Part shown: positions 1 to 10,309 of the stretch, piece by piece
How positions within the stretch are numbered: position 1 is the first letter of the stretch
Layout: every line of letters begins with the position of its first letter
NCBI GenBank assembly: GCA_965228855.1
Contig: CBDDIJ010000005.1
Location: 1,120,001 to 1,184,000 of the forward strand
Source: Candidatus Obscuribacterales bacterium
Lineage (GTDB): Bacteria > Cyanobacteriota > Vampirovibrionia > Obscuribacterales > Obscuribacteraceae
Length of the DNA stretch: 64,000 nt
Direction of reading: 5' to 3'
Translations under genes and position numbers: made by a program
The notes under the pieces: model-generated
Database searches by the model: none
What the model saw: the letters and a program-made list of their open reading frames with translations, nothing else
What the model was told of the DNA's origin: nothing

Positions 1-435
1 AACAACTTCGATTCTAGAAAGTTTTTGGAGAAGAACATTACTGAGATTATGAAGGGCCATGTGATGCGGACTCTAACACCCGCTCACGTTTTCCAAAATA
101 TACTTGAAACAGTAGATCTACTCGAAAAACTGCCTGGAAAAGTCGGAACAATCCTGGACGCAGTCGCAAATAATCAGCTGAAAATCACCGTTGATGCTAT
201 TGACGAACAAATGCTCATGAGCGGCTGCCAAAAAATAGCTAATCGCATAACTATGGGGCTGGTCTTGGCAGCACTAATAATGGGCGCGGCTCAACTTATG
301 CAGATCAAATCGACTTTTACGATTTGGGGTTACCCGGGCATCGCCATCATATGCTTCATCCTGGCTGCTGGTTGCGGATTTGGTTTAGTTCTCGAAATAT
401 TCATTAGCGACAGAAAAACTAATTCCCAGAGTTGA
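1..435 (+). CDS. ABC1/AarF/UbiB-family kinase, C-terminal part (runs in from left edge)
   Basis: Frame is open from base 1. The tail ANRITMGLVLAALIMGAAQL plus a second TM helix is typical of UbiB/AarF-family C-termini. Confidence 0.65.
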   Translation, partial: NNFDSRKFLEKNITEIMKGHVMRTLTPAHVFQNILETVDLLEKLPGKVGTILDAVANNQLKITVDAIDEQMLMSGCQKIANRITMGLVLAALIMGAAQLMQIKSTFTIWGYPGIAIICFILAAGCGFGLVLEIFISDRKTNSQS

Positions 436-541
436 AACGAGGACGGGTTCTTCTTAGACAGATATCGGTCAGGAGGATCGCTTTTTGGGCAGACACACCG
501 TCTCGTAACTTTCGAAAGAGCGTTCGCATCTGTTGTATCGG

Positions 542-555
542 AACCGATATCGGTT
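542..555. repeat. Dispersed palindrome AACCGATATCGGTT (exact; degenerate copies near 457-470 and 679-692)
   Basis: Read directly: gAACCGATATCGGTTc, intergenic. Confidence 0.9.
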
Positions 556-730
556 CAAAAAGCAGGCAGCAGACCAATCGTCCAAGATTTTTCCAAGCTT
601 GCTTCGCAGAAGACGATTTGTGCTATTTCGTAAGTGGTCAAGAATCCGGAAAGTTTGTGGCATGCCTGTCACGCAGAAACCCGATATCGAGACCTGAGTA
701 TAAAATCATTGCATAGCAGAGGTTTAAGTA

Positions 731-934
731 ATGAATCAGACGATGGTTGGCAAGCCGCCAAAGCCCGGCAAGTATCACTGTCTCAAATGCGAGAAAGTTT
801 TTGCTTTTGACGAAGGCGCACTGCGTTGCCCAAAGTGCGATAACACCTCTCGGAATGAGTTAGTTCCAGTTGACGTCAGCGACGTCAAAGAGGAAGAGAT
901 GATGCACACTGATGTCGATTTCCAGGGCGGATAA
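731..934 (+). CDS. Small zinc-ribbon protein
   Basis: CLKC...CPKC pair, acidic tail, GAGG upstream. Confidence 0.65.
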   Translation: MNQTMVGKPPKPGKYHCLKCEKVFAFDEGALRCPKCDNTSRNELVPVDVSDVKEEEMMHTDVDFQGG

Positions 935-984
935 GCGGGCTGCCTATGCCCATTGACTGCGCCAGACTAAGAGGGAGAATGATC

Positions 985-1218
985 ATGTACCTTGTAGATA
1001 GATTTGATTTACCTGAATATCAACAAGAAGCACGCGAAGCAAAATCTGCGAAGATGCTTTTCGCATTGTGGGACAAAGTGTGCAGTCATTATGATCGTGG
1101 ACAAATTGGTCGCTACGAACTGGAAGAGATGCGCGACTTGGTTTGGGAACAGATGACTAGCCTTGTAAAACTACAGTCCCAAATTGACGCTTCTTTCAGC
1201 GTGCGGAAGGCGAGCTAG
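985..1218 (+). CDS. Small hypothetical helical protein
   Basis: GAGGGAG RBS before ATG at 979/985. Protein-like composition. 3' end overlaps the convergent TPR gene by 23 bp. Confidence 0.6.
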   Translation: MYLVDRFDLPEYQQEAREAKSAKMLFALWDKVCSHYDRGQIGRYELEEMRDLVWEQMTSLVKLQSQIDASFSVRKAS

Positions 1219-2827
1219 CCGCCACCCCTAGTCTATCGCGAATGATTTGGGCGCGTAGTTCGTATCCAGCCGATAAATCACCGTCTCCAATCAGTCGAAA
1301 TTGAGCGGCCCAACTCTCGAGCAAATGAGCGAAAAATAGTGTGTTTACAGCCTCTGCCTGCTCCGCCTCCCTCAACGCTCTCTTGAGGAGCTGGTCCGCT
1401 TCTGTTTTGCTGCCGACCTCAAGATAGACGAGCGCCAACCTGTGACAAAGACCTTTGCTCCACTCATGGTTACTGGCGAATCGTTGCATAAAGTCATTTG
1501 CTATATTCCGGAGGTGGCGCGCGTCTTGATCGCGCCCCAGTAAAATAGTCAGCCGCAGCGCATCCGCTAATTGAGGGAAATACCAATTCCCATCAAACTT
1601 GAGCTGCAACGCTCGTGTGCAGAGTTCGTTAGCCTCTTCGAATTCTTGCTGATCAAAGCGGACTGCCGCCAGCTCCAGAAGGCTACCTACGAGTTTGGGA
1701 CTATTGACCCGCTCATCGGTTTCCAATGCGTATTTGGCAAAATCGGCAGCTTCGTCAAGGCGTCCAATCCTGCGCAACAGACGAGACAAGTTAACGGCTT
1801 CTCCAGAAGCATATGCACTGCGTTCATCTGCCTGGCAGCGATCACGCGAGTCATCTATGATCGATTTGAAGGCATCCAGTGATTCACGTCGAAGATTTTC
1901 CAATGACTCGAAGTCTTTAGTGAATTCGCACAATTTTTCGTATTCAACTATCAGGTTATGCGTCGGCAGTGGTGGCACCTGAGAGCGACAAATCAACGCC
2001 GCTTCGGCAAGATGCGTTTCAGCGCCCTTGTAATTTTTGGCTGCGATGGACTTGAGACGCGCCAGGCGTGTAAGAGCTTCCACCTGTGTATGCGCGGATG
2101 TCTGCGGAGACAAAGTAGCCTGTTCGATAGCTAGCCGGAAATTCTGCTCAGCGGCGGCGAAATTTTGTTTGCGCATTTGAAGTTTTGCCAGAAGCATTGC
2201 CGCTTCAGCAGCTGATTGTGCAAATTTCACATCATCACAAAGGAGAGGCACGGCGCGCTCCGCCAGACGTTCCGATTCAGATTCATTATCTTCTTCGTGA
2301 AATTGAGCGAGCATGAATAGACTCTTGCCGAGCAGCGGTTTATTCTGTACACCGACCTCCATTCTGGAAACCAACTCGGCAAGCAACTGCCTGCGTTCCT
2401 CCCGCTTTCCTCTCAAAAGAAAAAGTGTCGACAGATGCTCAGCAGGAAATACTATGGAAGCCTCGCCTAATTCTTGGTATATCGAAATCGCCTCCCTGAG
2501 TAATTTCTCGGACTCCTCACTTTCGTAAGGCGCATAAATTCGTCCCAGAGCCGTCAAGGTTTCCGCGACTTCTTCATGCAATTCGCCATGCACTTCCTTT
2601 CGGATTGCGAGGGCGCGAAGAAGATAGCCTTCGGCTTCATCGAAACTGCCGATGACAGTCATGAGCAAGCCCAGTTGTTGGAAGGTCTCAGCTAGAAGAT
2701 TACGATGTCTCTGATTCTTCTCTACCGAACCAACTGCGTCGAGGTAAATCTTTTCAGCTTCTAGATTCGCTCCCTCAGCGGCAAGAGCTCCAGCTCTCTC
2801 CATCAACTCTTTCCACCTTTTGCTCAC
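1196..2827 (-). CDS. TPR-repeat protein (kinesin-light-chain-like repeats)
   Basis: LAETFQQLG...EAEGYLLRALAIRKEVHGELHEEVAETL repeats; GGAGG RBS before GTG. Confidence 0.85.
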   Translation of the reverse strand: MSKRWKELMERAGALAAEGANLEAEKIYLDAVGSVEKNQRHRNLLAETFQQLGLLMTVIGSFDEAEGYLLRALAIRKEVHGELHEEVAETLTALGRIYAPYESEESEKLLREAISIYQELGEASIVFPAEHLSTLFLLRGKREERRQLLAELVSRMEVGVQNKPLLGKSLFMLAQFHEEDNESESERLAERAVPLLCDDVKFAQSAAEAAMLLAKLQMRKQNFAAAEQNFRLAIEQATLSPQTSAHTQVEALTRLARLKSIAAKNYKGAETHLAEAALICRSQVPPLPTHNLIVEYEKLCEFTKDFESLENLRRESLDAFKSIIDDSRDRCQADERSAYASGEAVNLSRLLRRIGRLDEAADFAKYALETDERVNSPKLVGSLLELAAVRFDQQEFEEANELCTRALQLKFDGNWYFPQLADALRLTILLGRDQDARHLRNIANDFMQRFASNHEWSKGLCHRLALVYLEVGSKTEADQLLKRALREAEQAEAVNTLFFAHLLESWAAQFRLIGDGDLSAGYELRAQIIRDRLGVAASSPSAR

Positions 2828-2942
2828 TGGTCCTCCGCATCACACAAAAACACCTATCGCGCCCAGATTTTTCGACAACAATATAAGAGTTGGTCATTAT
2901 AGACCAATGCTGCACCATTTTATGAGGTAGTAAATGAAGCTG

Positions 2943-3035
2943 AATCGATATCGGTTCAGGACCAACCTACCAAGTCTTACAAAAATGAGATAAACCGATA
3001 TCGTTTTCAGCCTGCAATCTGAACCGATATCGGTT
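2943..3035. repeat. Three copies of the AACCGATATCGGTT palindrome (2943 and 2993 with one mismatch, 3022 exact)
   Basis: Read directly; 25-120 bp downstream of the hemerythrin-gene stop. Confidence 0.9.
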
Positions 3036-3060
3036 TATAAAATAAAGAGTGCGGTTCTAG

Positions 3061-3513
3061 CTAAAACACGATCTTCGCGGTCACGTCTTCGCGTTTTTTG
3101 CTAAGTCCTTCTCCAAGTTGATTCAAGTCGACCGAAGTTTTTTCCAAGGACGAAAAGAGATCTTGTTCCTCTTCAGTAAAATGCTTCTTAACAAGATTTC
3201 GCAGTTCCTGGAATTGAGCATCGAAATCAGCCTCATCCCCCATTAAGCGCTGCACCTGTGCCGTCATGATTTTCACTTGTTCATGATTTTCAATGAATTG
3301 ATCTAGGCTGGAAACGCCATCGATATCACGAATTGCGGGATAAAAAACTTCTATCTCAAGCACCGACAAAACGTTCAACTCGAAAGCGACATCTGCCAGT
3401 ACCTTCTCTTTGTCGTCAGCACTGAGCTTCGAATCATACTTGTCGAATTTCTCTAAAACGCGCGCATGCGCCGACTTTAATACCTCGACAGCGCTTCCTT
3501 GCTTCAGTGTCAT
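3061..3513 (-). CDS. Hemerythrin/HHE cation-binding domain protein
   Basis: H...EIEVFYPA...NH...HFTEEEQDLF pattern; GGAGG RBS. Confidence 0.8.
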   Translation of the reverse strand: MTLKQGSAVEVLKSAHARVLEKFDKYDSKLSADDKEKVLADVAFELNVLSVLEIEVFYPAIRDIDGVSSLDQFIENHEQVKIMTAQVQRLMGDEADFDAQFQELRNLVKKHFTEEEQDLFSSLEKTSVDLNQLGEGLSKKREDVTAKIVF

Positions 3514-3697
3514 TTACTCGTCCTCCTGTGCGGTTACATTCTTTCTTTATGTAGCGCAACTGCGGACTCCTCGCGCTGAGCAATTTTAGCTCTTGAGTTT
3601 GCTTCCTCTACGATTCAATGCACCGTCTCCAGAAGTGACGCAAGAAGCACTGCCGCCCTTCCGGTGAAAGCCTGGAAAAACAAGGTGGGAGGACGGT

Positions 3698-5635
3698 TCA
3701 GGAAGAGCCTGGCGCGCGCTGAACTCGGACAATCAATCCGAGTTCATGGATACCGTCTTCTACAGACAGGCCGGTTCTGTGGCACAACTTGAACAACAAC
3801 ATGGCTTCTTCGGTCGTGAGCATATTTTCTCGGACATAGAAATGGCAGAGCAAAGCAATCTGAGCGGCCGATTCAGCCACGACGCCTGACGTTACTAACG
3901 CCTTACTCACGAACGATGGACTTCGGCGAGCGGTCTCGATAGCCTCCTCCACTTGCGTTGCAGAAACCAACTCGACACTTTCCACAAATTGTTCAAAACT
4001 CAAGGAGCTACGTTTGCTGTTAAATTTCTGATTTCGTTTGAGCGCTATTGCCAACGTCAGACCGTGATGGTGAACATCGATAAGCGCATAAACCGCATCT
4101 ATCAGGGCAAGACCGCCTTGTGCCACCAATGCCTGAAGCGTCAAGGCACTGTCCAGTACTAACTGCGTGACGTAGCCGAAACTGACAAGTATTTCACCGA
4201 CCGGAGAGTTATTACGCAAACCCATTTCAACAGCAGTATCTAGCTGAAGTTCGGTCACAACGCCTGCAAGGGTTAGTAGTTCACCAAGACGCACCGAATG
4301 CAATGGCGAAATATCTGCGTCATCTGCTGAGCCATTCTTTCTAAGCTCGTGTTGTCGGCGGGCGCTTCTCTTAATTGCGACAACAGCATCAGCTTTCTGC
4401 ATTCTCCCCTGTCGCACATAACGCTGCACGTTCGTAATCGATTCAAGTAGTTGAGCTGTAATCAAGTTAGATATCGATAAATACCGGCCCAGCGGTATTC
4501 CAAAATCGTTAGCCTTCACTAAAGCGTCTTCCAATTCCTCTTCCGAAATTAACTCGGCCGCCGTAAGCAGGTCACCAATTCTGGTGGCATTTTTCTCCAA
4601 AACTTGAAGAGCGTCGGAACTATCAACACAGTTGAGGGCTCGTTGAATGGTCATCCCCTTGCTGGACATCAAGTCAGCGACTCGAGCAGCCTTCTGCAGC
4701 GAAATTACATTTTCTCGCAATAGAGTATGAAGTTGTACAGTCCACTGGAGTTGCCTCCCGGAGAGATGCCCCGACATTATCAATGCGTGGTCAACGGAAA
4801 TAGAGGTTTCGTTAGCGATAGAAATCGCCGCCTTAAGCGCATCAGGCGAAACGATCCCCAGAGTTTGTAACAAACGTCCAAGCTGCATATCAGCTGATTC
4901 GCTACTAGAATCAACGCATTCAAATTGGCGACGGCCGTCGCGGTCCTCGTCGCTAAGTACCGGGTTCAAGTCGCCAGCAATCGCACTTTCCACAAGCACA
5001 CCGACTGAATCCGATGTTACCTGATCGATGGCTTCAATGAGGTGCGGGTATGTGCTCACCCACAAATCTTCGAACTCCTGCAATAACTCATCAGTCTCGT
5101 CATTAACACCGATTAGATTTCTAGCTGCCGGTCTCTGCTCTTCGTATAGTGAGCGCTCGTGGGTAGATTCGCTTCCAACTCCGTCATGAGTTAAACCATC
5201 AATCGATATCGGTTTATGCTCTGAATGAGTGAGGGAAACGTCAACTACTGACATCGAAAAGCTCAGGCGCGCCAATCCGTGCTCTGAGTCAACATTTAAT
5301 TCAACGACCTCACCGCGTTGAAGCACTTCTTCTTGTGCACCACCTGTGATGACAGATTCGCGTCTTACATCGCAGTCGTAATCCAAAGAGATATGATAAG
5401 AGCCTACTTGATCGTCAATAGGCCCTACACCGCAATTAGCGTTTTTCGATTGCATCGTGCCATTCGATGCATCCTCTGAGCAGGTCGCATTCAGATAATC
5501 GGCTACCGGAGGATCAGTAACAGAGGTTTCAATAGACCGTCTTCGACGCAGAGTCCCCCGAGGTGGCCGCGCCGTTCGTACTCGCTCCTGGGCAATCGCA
5601 GCTGTAGACTGCTGTGCGGACGCATTCACCGTCAT
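3698..5635 (-). CDS. Protein with multiple MshEN-like (GSPII_N) repeats and an acidic disordered N-terminus
   Basis: LGRLLQTLGIVS, RIGDLLTAAELISEEELEDAL and RLGELLTLAGVVTELQLDTA motifs. Start moved to ATG 5635 (GGGGAA RBS). Confidence 0.75.
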   Translation of the reverse strand: MTVNASAQQSTAAIAQERVRTARPPRGTLRRRRSIETSVTDPPVADYLNATCSEDASNGTMQSKNANCGVGPIDDQVGSYHISLDYDCDVRRESVITGGAQEEVLQRGEVVELNVDSEHGLARLSFSMSVVDVSLTHSEHKPISIDGLTHDGVGSESTHERSLYEEQRPAARNLIGVNDETDELLQEFEDLWVSTYPHLIEAIDQVTSDSVGVLVESAIAGDLNPVLSDEDRDGRRQFECVDSSSESADMQLGRLLQTLGIVSPDALKAAISIANETSISVDHALIMSGHLSGRQLQWTVQLHTLLRENVISLQKAARVADLMSSKGMTIQRALNCVDSSDALQVLEKNATRIGDLLTAAELISEEELEDALVKANDFGIPLGRYLSISNLITAQLLESITNVQRYVRQGRMQKADAVVAIKRSARRQHELRKNGSADDADISPLHSVRLGELLTLAGVVTELQLDTAVEMGLRNNSPVGEILVSFGYVTQLVLDSALTLQALVAQGGLALIDAVYALIDVHHHGLTLAIALKRNQKFNSKRSSLSFEQFVESVELVSATQVEEAIETARRSPSFVSKALVTSGVVAESAAQIALLCHFYVRENMLTTEEAMLLFKLCHRTGLSVEDGIHELGLIVRVQRAPGSS

Positions 5636-5695
5636 AGCAAATTCCCCAAATTTTATTTCCGGGCAAAACCCGGTAGTAAAAGACACTGCAGAGCA

Positions 5696-5728
5696 GTTAT
5701 ATAAAACCAGCGTGACGACAATGTGACC
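5696..5728 (-). promoter_or_regulatory. Putative OmpR/PhoB-type box (GGTCAC-N5-CGTCAC, 11-bp period) 10 bp upstream of a -10 element TATAAC
   Basis: Direct repeat and spacing read from the sequence; the same geometry recurs at 23078-23110. Confidence 0.45.
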
Positions 5729-5784
5729 GGCTCACCCATGAACCGGGGCAGCACGTACAATCGGTCTCGACTCTTTCGTTCAAG

Positions 5785-5798
5785 AACCGATATCGGAG
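5785..5798. repeat. Degenerate palindrome copy AACCGATATCGGag
   Basis: 16 bp downstream of the VWA-gene stop. Confidence 0.7.
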
Positions 5799-5814
5799 AA
5801 TGAACTATCCCAGC

Positions 5815-7143
5815 TTACTTTTTGCGCTCTTCTAGAAACTTCCACCATCCCGCGCGCTCGAGCGTTCGGTGATCAATCTGGCTGGTCTGCGTGAGATACG
5901 TTGTGTACTCCATGCTTTTGCGGCAGCGCTCATCCCATTCCTGGTCAGCCACGATTCGCATTTGCTCAAGCGCCGCTACAAGCTCATCTGTGAATGGAAT
6001 GTCATCGCAATACCTGGCAAAGTATTTGAGTTCGTAGTCGAGATATTTACAGAGCTCCGTGAGTTTTTTCTCGCGGTTGAATCTTACGGCCTTGCGCACA
6101 ATGTTTGACTGCCAGATCTCCGCAACACGCTGTGACAATTCAATATTGATAGGTTGGTTTGCATTTCGCACTGGACCGGCTAACGTCAGCGTTTTGCTCT
6201 CGCCGTGGACCTTATCGCGCTTTCCGCTGCCAGTCCAGAGCCAGTTACAGGTTATGTCGAAATGCAGTTTATCTCCATCTCTTCCTTCCGGAGAAACTAC
6301 CTTAAAGATAGCGGTTCTTGTTCCACTTGGTGCGAGGCTACCCATCTGGCACAGGATACTCGAATTCGATGCAACCGTTGGAAATCCGCTTATGCTCTCC
6401 ACTTTTACCCGGTCTGAAAATTTTAGGGTTACAGAAATGTCTTCAACGGCGGTATTTTGCAGTTCTCTCAATTCCCCGAGCACGACTTCGATAATCTCAC
6501 CCGGGAATTCTGCATCATGCAATCGACCACCACCAAAATCAGCAAGCGATTGAAGTTGAACGGAAGAATAATCGTTTCCAATCCCAACGCAGGACGTCAG
6601 CACTCCTCGCTGGCGGAGCTGATCCGCATGATGCTCAAGAACTATTGGATTGGTCAGCCCGACATTAGCATGACCGTCTGAAAGTATGATGACATGGTTG
6701 TGCAACTTCTTGCTTTGCTGCATTACTTTCGCAACGCATTCCGCCCCTTTCATCCAACCAGCGCCGAGGTTGGTATTGTCGCGGCACTTGAGCTCCTCTA
6801 TCGATCTGATTGCCCTCGAGCGACCTTCTTTGTCGAGTTTTATTCCGTCCACATGAACGAAGATTTCCGATGCGAATGAGATGATCGAAAGGCGATCCCG
6901 CTCACACAAGGAGTGCATGACCCCGATAACAGACTCCTTCGCCGACTCCAAACGTTTTCCACCCATAGAGGCTGAGGCGTCCAAAACCAGGGCAATATTC
7001 AACCCTGGTTTATCTCCATTCCCTTCAAAGACAAAATCGGGTGCCTTCAAATCCACCACGAGGTAACGAGTGGACTTACCTTTCTCGCTTACGAAATTTT
7101 TGTCGAACGATGCGTCTACAGAAATGCCAGCACCACTATTCAT
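5815..7143 (-). CDS. VWA-domain protein (YfbK-like)
   Basis: MIDAS motif LDASASM, TNLGAGW, ILSDGHAN, GIGNDY. Confidence 0.9.
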   Translation of the reverse strand: MNSGAGISVDASFDKNFVSEKGKSTRYLVVDLKAPDFVFEGNGDKPGLNIALVLDASASMGGKRLESAKESVIGVMHSLCERDRLSIISFASEIFVHVDGIKLDKEGRSRAIRSIEELKCRDNTNLGAGWMKGAECVAKVMQQSKKLHNHVIILSDGHANVGLTNPIVLEHHADQLRQRGVLTSCVGIGNDYSSVQLQSLADFGGGRLHDAEFPGEIIEVVLGELRELQNTAVEDISVTLKFSDRVKVESISGFPTVASNSSILCQMGSLAPSGTRTAIFKVVSPEGRDGDKLHFDITCNWLWTGSGKRDKVHGESKTLTLAGPVRNANQPINIELSQRVAEIWQSNIVRKAVRFNREKKLTELCKYLDYELKYFARYCDDIPFTDELVAALEQMRIVADQEWDERCRKSMEYTTYLTQTSQIDHRTLERAGWWKFLEERKK

Positions 7144-8011
7144 AACTTCCTCCTGTGAGGAGTTCCCTCAGATAATCAGCGACACGTTCGAGCTGCGCCA
7201 AGTGTTGTTCGTCTTGAATACCACGCACAGACAGCTCGATGTCCGGAGTGACTTGTATGCGGTGCCAGACCTCCCTTTTTGATTGCCTTCTGGCCGTTTT
7301 CTGGCCTAGCTGATGTTGAAGACCGACCACGAGTCGATCTACAGGCGTCGAAAGCCTGTCTTTTGTGATTCTCTGTTCGTTGTCTAAATCGCGAGTCTGG
7401 TTCCCTTGCGGCACTATATCCGGTGCTACGTCCGCAAAAACATCGACCGCTGCCGACGGATCGTGACAGTCATCAATATGCAAGTCTTGCGATTGAGTAT
7501 CTAAGGCTTTCGCCTTGAAACCCAGTCGGGATGCTATCGCATCTGCGATGGAGAGTGGGTGCCCTTCATTTTTCAGTGAAGAAGATTGATATTGCGCAGA
7601 ATCTCCTCCTTTACCCCAAGCATTTTGGACGGGCTCATTTGGTGGGGGCGCGATCGCCTCAGTCTGCCCTGACTCAAATTGCAGACTTTGCGAGAGAATG
7701 TAGTCGAGTGCCGAGCTGCCGACAAAATTTGAATCAATCGAACCTGTTTCGGCAAGTGCGGCAATCTCAGCGTCACTCATCAACAGAAGCTGCTGCCTGA
7801 CTTCGCTTAATCGGAGTCCTTGTCTTTCTTTCAAGATTTTGATGGCCTGAAGTCTTTCCAGATGCTGCCTGGAGTACCGGGCATAACGACCCAGACTCGT
7901 CGGTCCACGCATCAACCCCTGCTCGATAAAACTTCGGATAACCCGCGTGTCGAGTCCAGACTCATGTGAGAGTTCTTCGAGAGAGAATGTCGTGGAACTT
8001 GAGTCACTCAT
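7136..8011 (-). CDS. MerR-type HTH regulator with a long linker
   Basis: FSLEELSHESGLDTRVIRSFIEQGLM...ARYSRQHLERLQAIKILKERQGLRLSEVR; overlaps the VWA gene by 8 bp. Confidence 0.85.
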   Translation of the reverse strand: MSDSSSTTFSLEELSHESGLDTRVIRSFIEQGLMRGPTSLGRYARYSRQHLERLQAIKILKERQGLRLSEVRQQLLLMSDAEIAALAETGSIDSNFVGSSALDYILSQSLQFESGQTEAIAPPPNEPVQNAWGKGGDSAQYQSSSLKNEGHPLSIADAIASRLGFKAKALDTQSQDLHIDDCHDPSAAVDVFADVAPDIVPQGNQTRDLDNEQRITKDRLSTPVDRLVVGLQHQLGQKTARRQSKREVWHRIQVTPDIELSVRGIQDEQHLAQLERVADYLRELLTGGSYE

Positions 8012-8017
8012 AACTCG

Positions 8018-8046
8018 AACTTATCACGCTCAATTCGCCATGTCAA
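8018..8046 (-). promoter_or_regulatory. Sigma70 promoter TTGACA-17-TAAGTT with extended -10 TG; probably gives a leaderless merR-vwa mRNA
   Basis: Perfect -35 at 8041-8046, -10 at 8018-8023, only 6 nt to ATG 8011, no RBS. Confidence 0.6.
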
Positions 8047-8178
8047 ATTGAAACCCTGAACTGGTGGGATTTACCAAAACCTAACTCTTCGAGCACCAGC
8101 AAAACTCAGGAAAAATCCGCTGGATCCAATCCCGGTTTCCAAGTAGAGTAGTTTCATCGCGAGCTCGTATGGTTGATA

Positions 8179-8192
8179 AACCGATATCGGTT
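8179..8192. repeat. Palindrome AACCGATATCGGTT (exact)
   Basis: In the divergent intergenic region. Confidence 0.9.
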
Positions 8193-8276
8193 CGTGAAAT
8201 TTGAATCGGTGGAGATTTCTGCCGCTGCGATTCCGGACCTTACTAATCCCCAAATTCGAAATAGGTCGCCTAATCC

Positions 8277-9515
8277 ATGAGCATGGATGCAACTTGTTCC
8301 GTCATCAACAAAGAGTATGTGACGCCATTCAACCTGATGGCGATGATCAGGCTGGCGTTAGGAACTGCAATTCTTGTTGCGACCGTCCTGTGCATTCCAG
8401 ATGCAATCGCTATTTTGCCGAGCACCCATAGCGCTTCTGCCTTCATTACTCGAGTCAGTGGCACTTGGCTGTCCGTTTTTGTTCAGTGGTTTTTGGCATT
8501 CCTCGGCATTCTTCACAGCGCCGCGATAATCAATCGAGGCGTGATCATCGGTCCATCGGGTATAAAACTTTCGCGTTTCTCGAAGCTGATTCCTTGGTCG
8601 CAAATCATAGGATTTGGAGCCGATGCTCGCCCACTGGTAACGATACTCACTCTCAATGCTCAGCCGGCCATTAAGCTGCAACTCTATGTTAGACAGAAGA
8701 GTTCGATAAAGACAAAAAACCTCGATTCACTTTTTTTCGAGCCGGCAGCCTTTACATCTCTGGTTAACGCAATCAGCTCATCAAGCTGTGGCGCGGTGCC
8801 GGATAGCATTCAAGTCGTTCTTACGAGATCAGATTCGGAATCAGTAAAAACAGCGTATAAACGGTCAAACACAAGGTCAAAACTCGTAACTGCCTACATC
8901 GCTATAATGCTAGTGCTTTTCACCGGAAGAGGCGCCGCTCGAAACTATTTCTACAACATGGCGGGACAAAGTTTCAACAAATCAGATTATGTCGAAAGCA
9001 AGCGTTTATGCGAATTAGCACTGGCCATTGACAGCACGTACCCTTATGCCCTTGACCGCCTGGCTCGATGCGAGTACCGACTTCAAGACCACTTTAGCGC
9101 GGAGCAGCACTGGAAGAAAGCTCTACAGATGAAACCAGACCTGGTGTCAGCGAAAGTCGGGCTATCGAATATTTGTATTCAGCGCCGACAATTCGATTCT
9201 GCAAAATCGCTCCTGAAGACCGCTTTGAGATTAGAACCCCAAGACATTCCTGTGCATCTGAATCTTGGTTATGTAAGCATGCAAATGGGAGATGCGGCCG
9301 AGTCGCTCATCTATTTCAAAAAAGCCCTACAATTTGCTCCGAGCAATCCAACCGTCAAGTTACTCTCAGCACAAGCCTATTTAGAAGTCGGAGCAGATGC
9401 GACGGCAATGGAACTGTTGAGAGGCATAAAGAGCACTGACTTGGAGTTGCACAATCGCGCTACGTTATCGAGAGTGAAAGAGATGCTGCTCGCTAGAGGT
9501 GAACGACTAGAATGA
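8277..9515 (+). CDS. Membrane-anchored TPR protein
   Basis: Three hydrophobic segments followed by about five TPRs (AEQHWKKALQMKPD, ALRLEPQD). Confidence 0.8.
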   Translation: MSMDATCSVINKEYVTPFNLMAMIRLALGTAILVATVLCIPDAIAILPSTHSASAFITRVSGTWLSVFVQWFLAFLGILHSAAIINRGVIIGPSGIKLSRFSKLIPWSQIIGFGADARPLVTILTLNAQPAIKLQLYVRQKSSIKTKNLDSLFFEPAAFTSLVNAISSSSCGAVPDSIQVVLTRSDSESVKTAYKRSNTRSKLVTAYIAIMLVLFTGRGAARNYFYNMAGQSFNKSDYVESKRLCELALAIDSTYPYALDRLARCEYRLQDHFSAEQHWKKALQMKPDLVSAKVGLSNICIQRRQFDSAKSLLKTALRLEPQDIPVHLNLGYVSMQMGDAAESLIYFKKALQFAPSNPTVKLLSAQAYLEVGADATAMELLRGIKSTDLELHNRATLSRVKEMLLARGERLE

Positions 9516-10033
9516 CTTCATTGTTCCATGTAATGAGAGCCCTGGCATTCGTTCTAGCTGCGAGCTTTGCAGGCGCGTTCGTGATTGGAAATCTTTGGCT
9601 GCTGATCGGCTGGATGCGATTTTACGGAGTTGAACCAGGAGTGGTGGCATCGGCAGTCCCTCTCGACATAGTTGACTACCACAACATTTTTTTAAATGAG
9701 GTAGGAAAGCTTATTGATTCTTACAACCTAATGTTCCAGGGGAACGCCAGATTCGGCTCCGGCATAGGAGCGGTCGCAGGAGCCGGAATGGCACTCGTGA
9801 CGGTGTCTCAGGCTCGCTTGTCAGTTCGTGTCGCAGCAGCAGCTCTGGCGGGCGCGATCATAGGCGGTCGAATCGCTCTGACCTTCACAAGTTCGCCGAC
9901 ACCATTTCTTTTGAGCGCATCGTTGGGGTTCACGTTTTTTGCTCTCATTCAACTTTTTACTCACGAGAAACTGCCGACCATTCCCGTTGACGCTGAATGG
10001 AAGCCGCATCCTGATACGATTCTAGAGCAGTAA
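9512..10033 (+). CDS. Hypothetical membrane protein
   Basis: About four TM segments; ATGA-type overlap with the upstream gene. Confidence 0.7.
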   Translation: MTSLFHVMRALAFVLAASFAGAFVIGNLWLLIGWMRFYGVEPGVVASAVPLDIVDYHNIFLNEVGKLIDSYNLMFQGNARFGSGIGAVAGAGMALVTVSQARLSVRVAAAALAGAIIGGRIALTFTSSPTPFLLSASLGFTFFALIQLFTHEKLPTIPVDAEWKPHPDTILEQ

Positions 10034-10050
10034 ACTCCCGATAATTCTTA

Positions 10051-10064
10051 AACCGATATCGGTC
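10051..10064. repeat. Palindrome copy AACCGATATCGGTc (one mismatch)
   Basis: 17 bp downstream of stop 10033. Confidence 0.85.
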
Positions 10065-10309
10065 TGAAGCTAGACCTTAATGAACTGTTCCCGAATAAGT
10101 GAATCGACTTTCAAACCAGCCGCGATCAGAAAACCGCGGACTCCAATCTAAGACTACGATGTAAGGGAAATGGCGTCAGCAGGCTAAAAAAAGATAATCG
10201 AACACTTGCTAAAATCAGCACTTTCGCGACATATGTCGCTCGACAAAAACACTCTTCCCCGCAATCGAAAGATGCTCTATAACTGTGTCTCCCTATCACG
10301 GAGACGGTC

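Noticed and set aside
432..716. Short ORFs at 432-716 and 469-672
   Set aside because: The region carries palindrome copies and the translations are not protein-like. Treated as intergenic.
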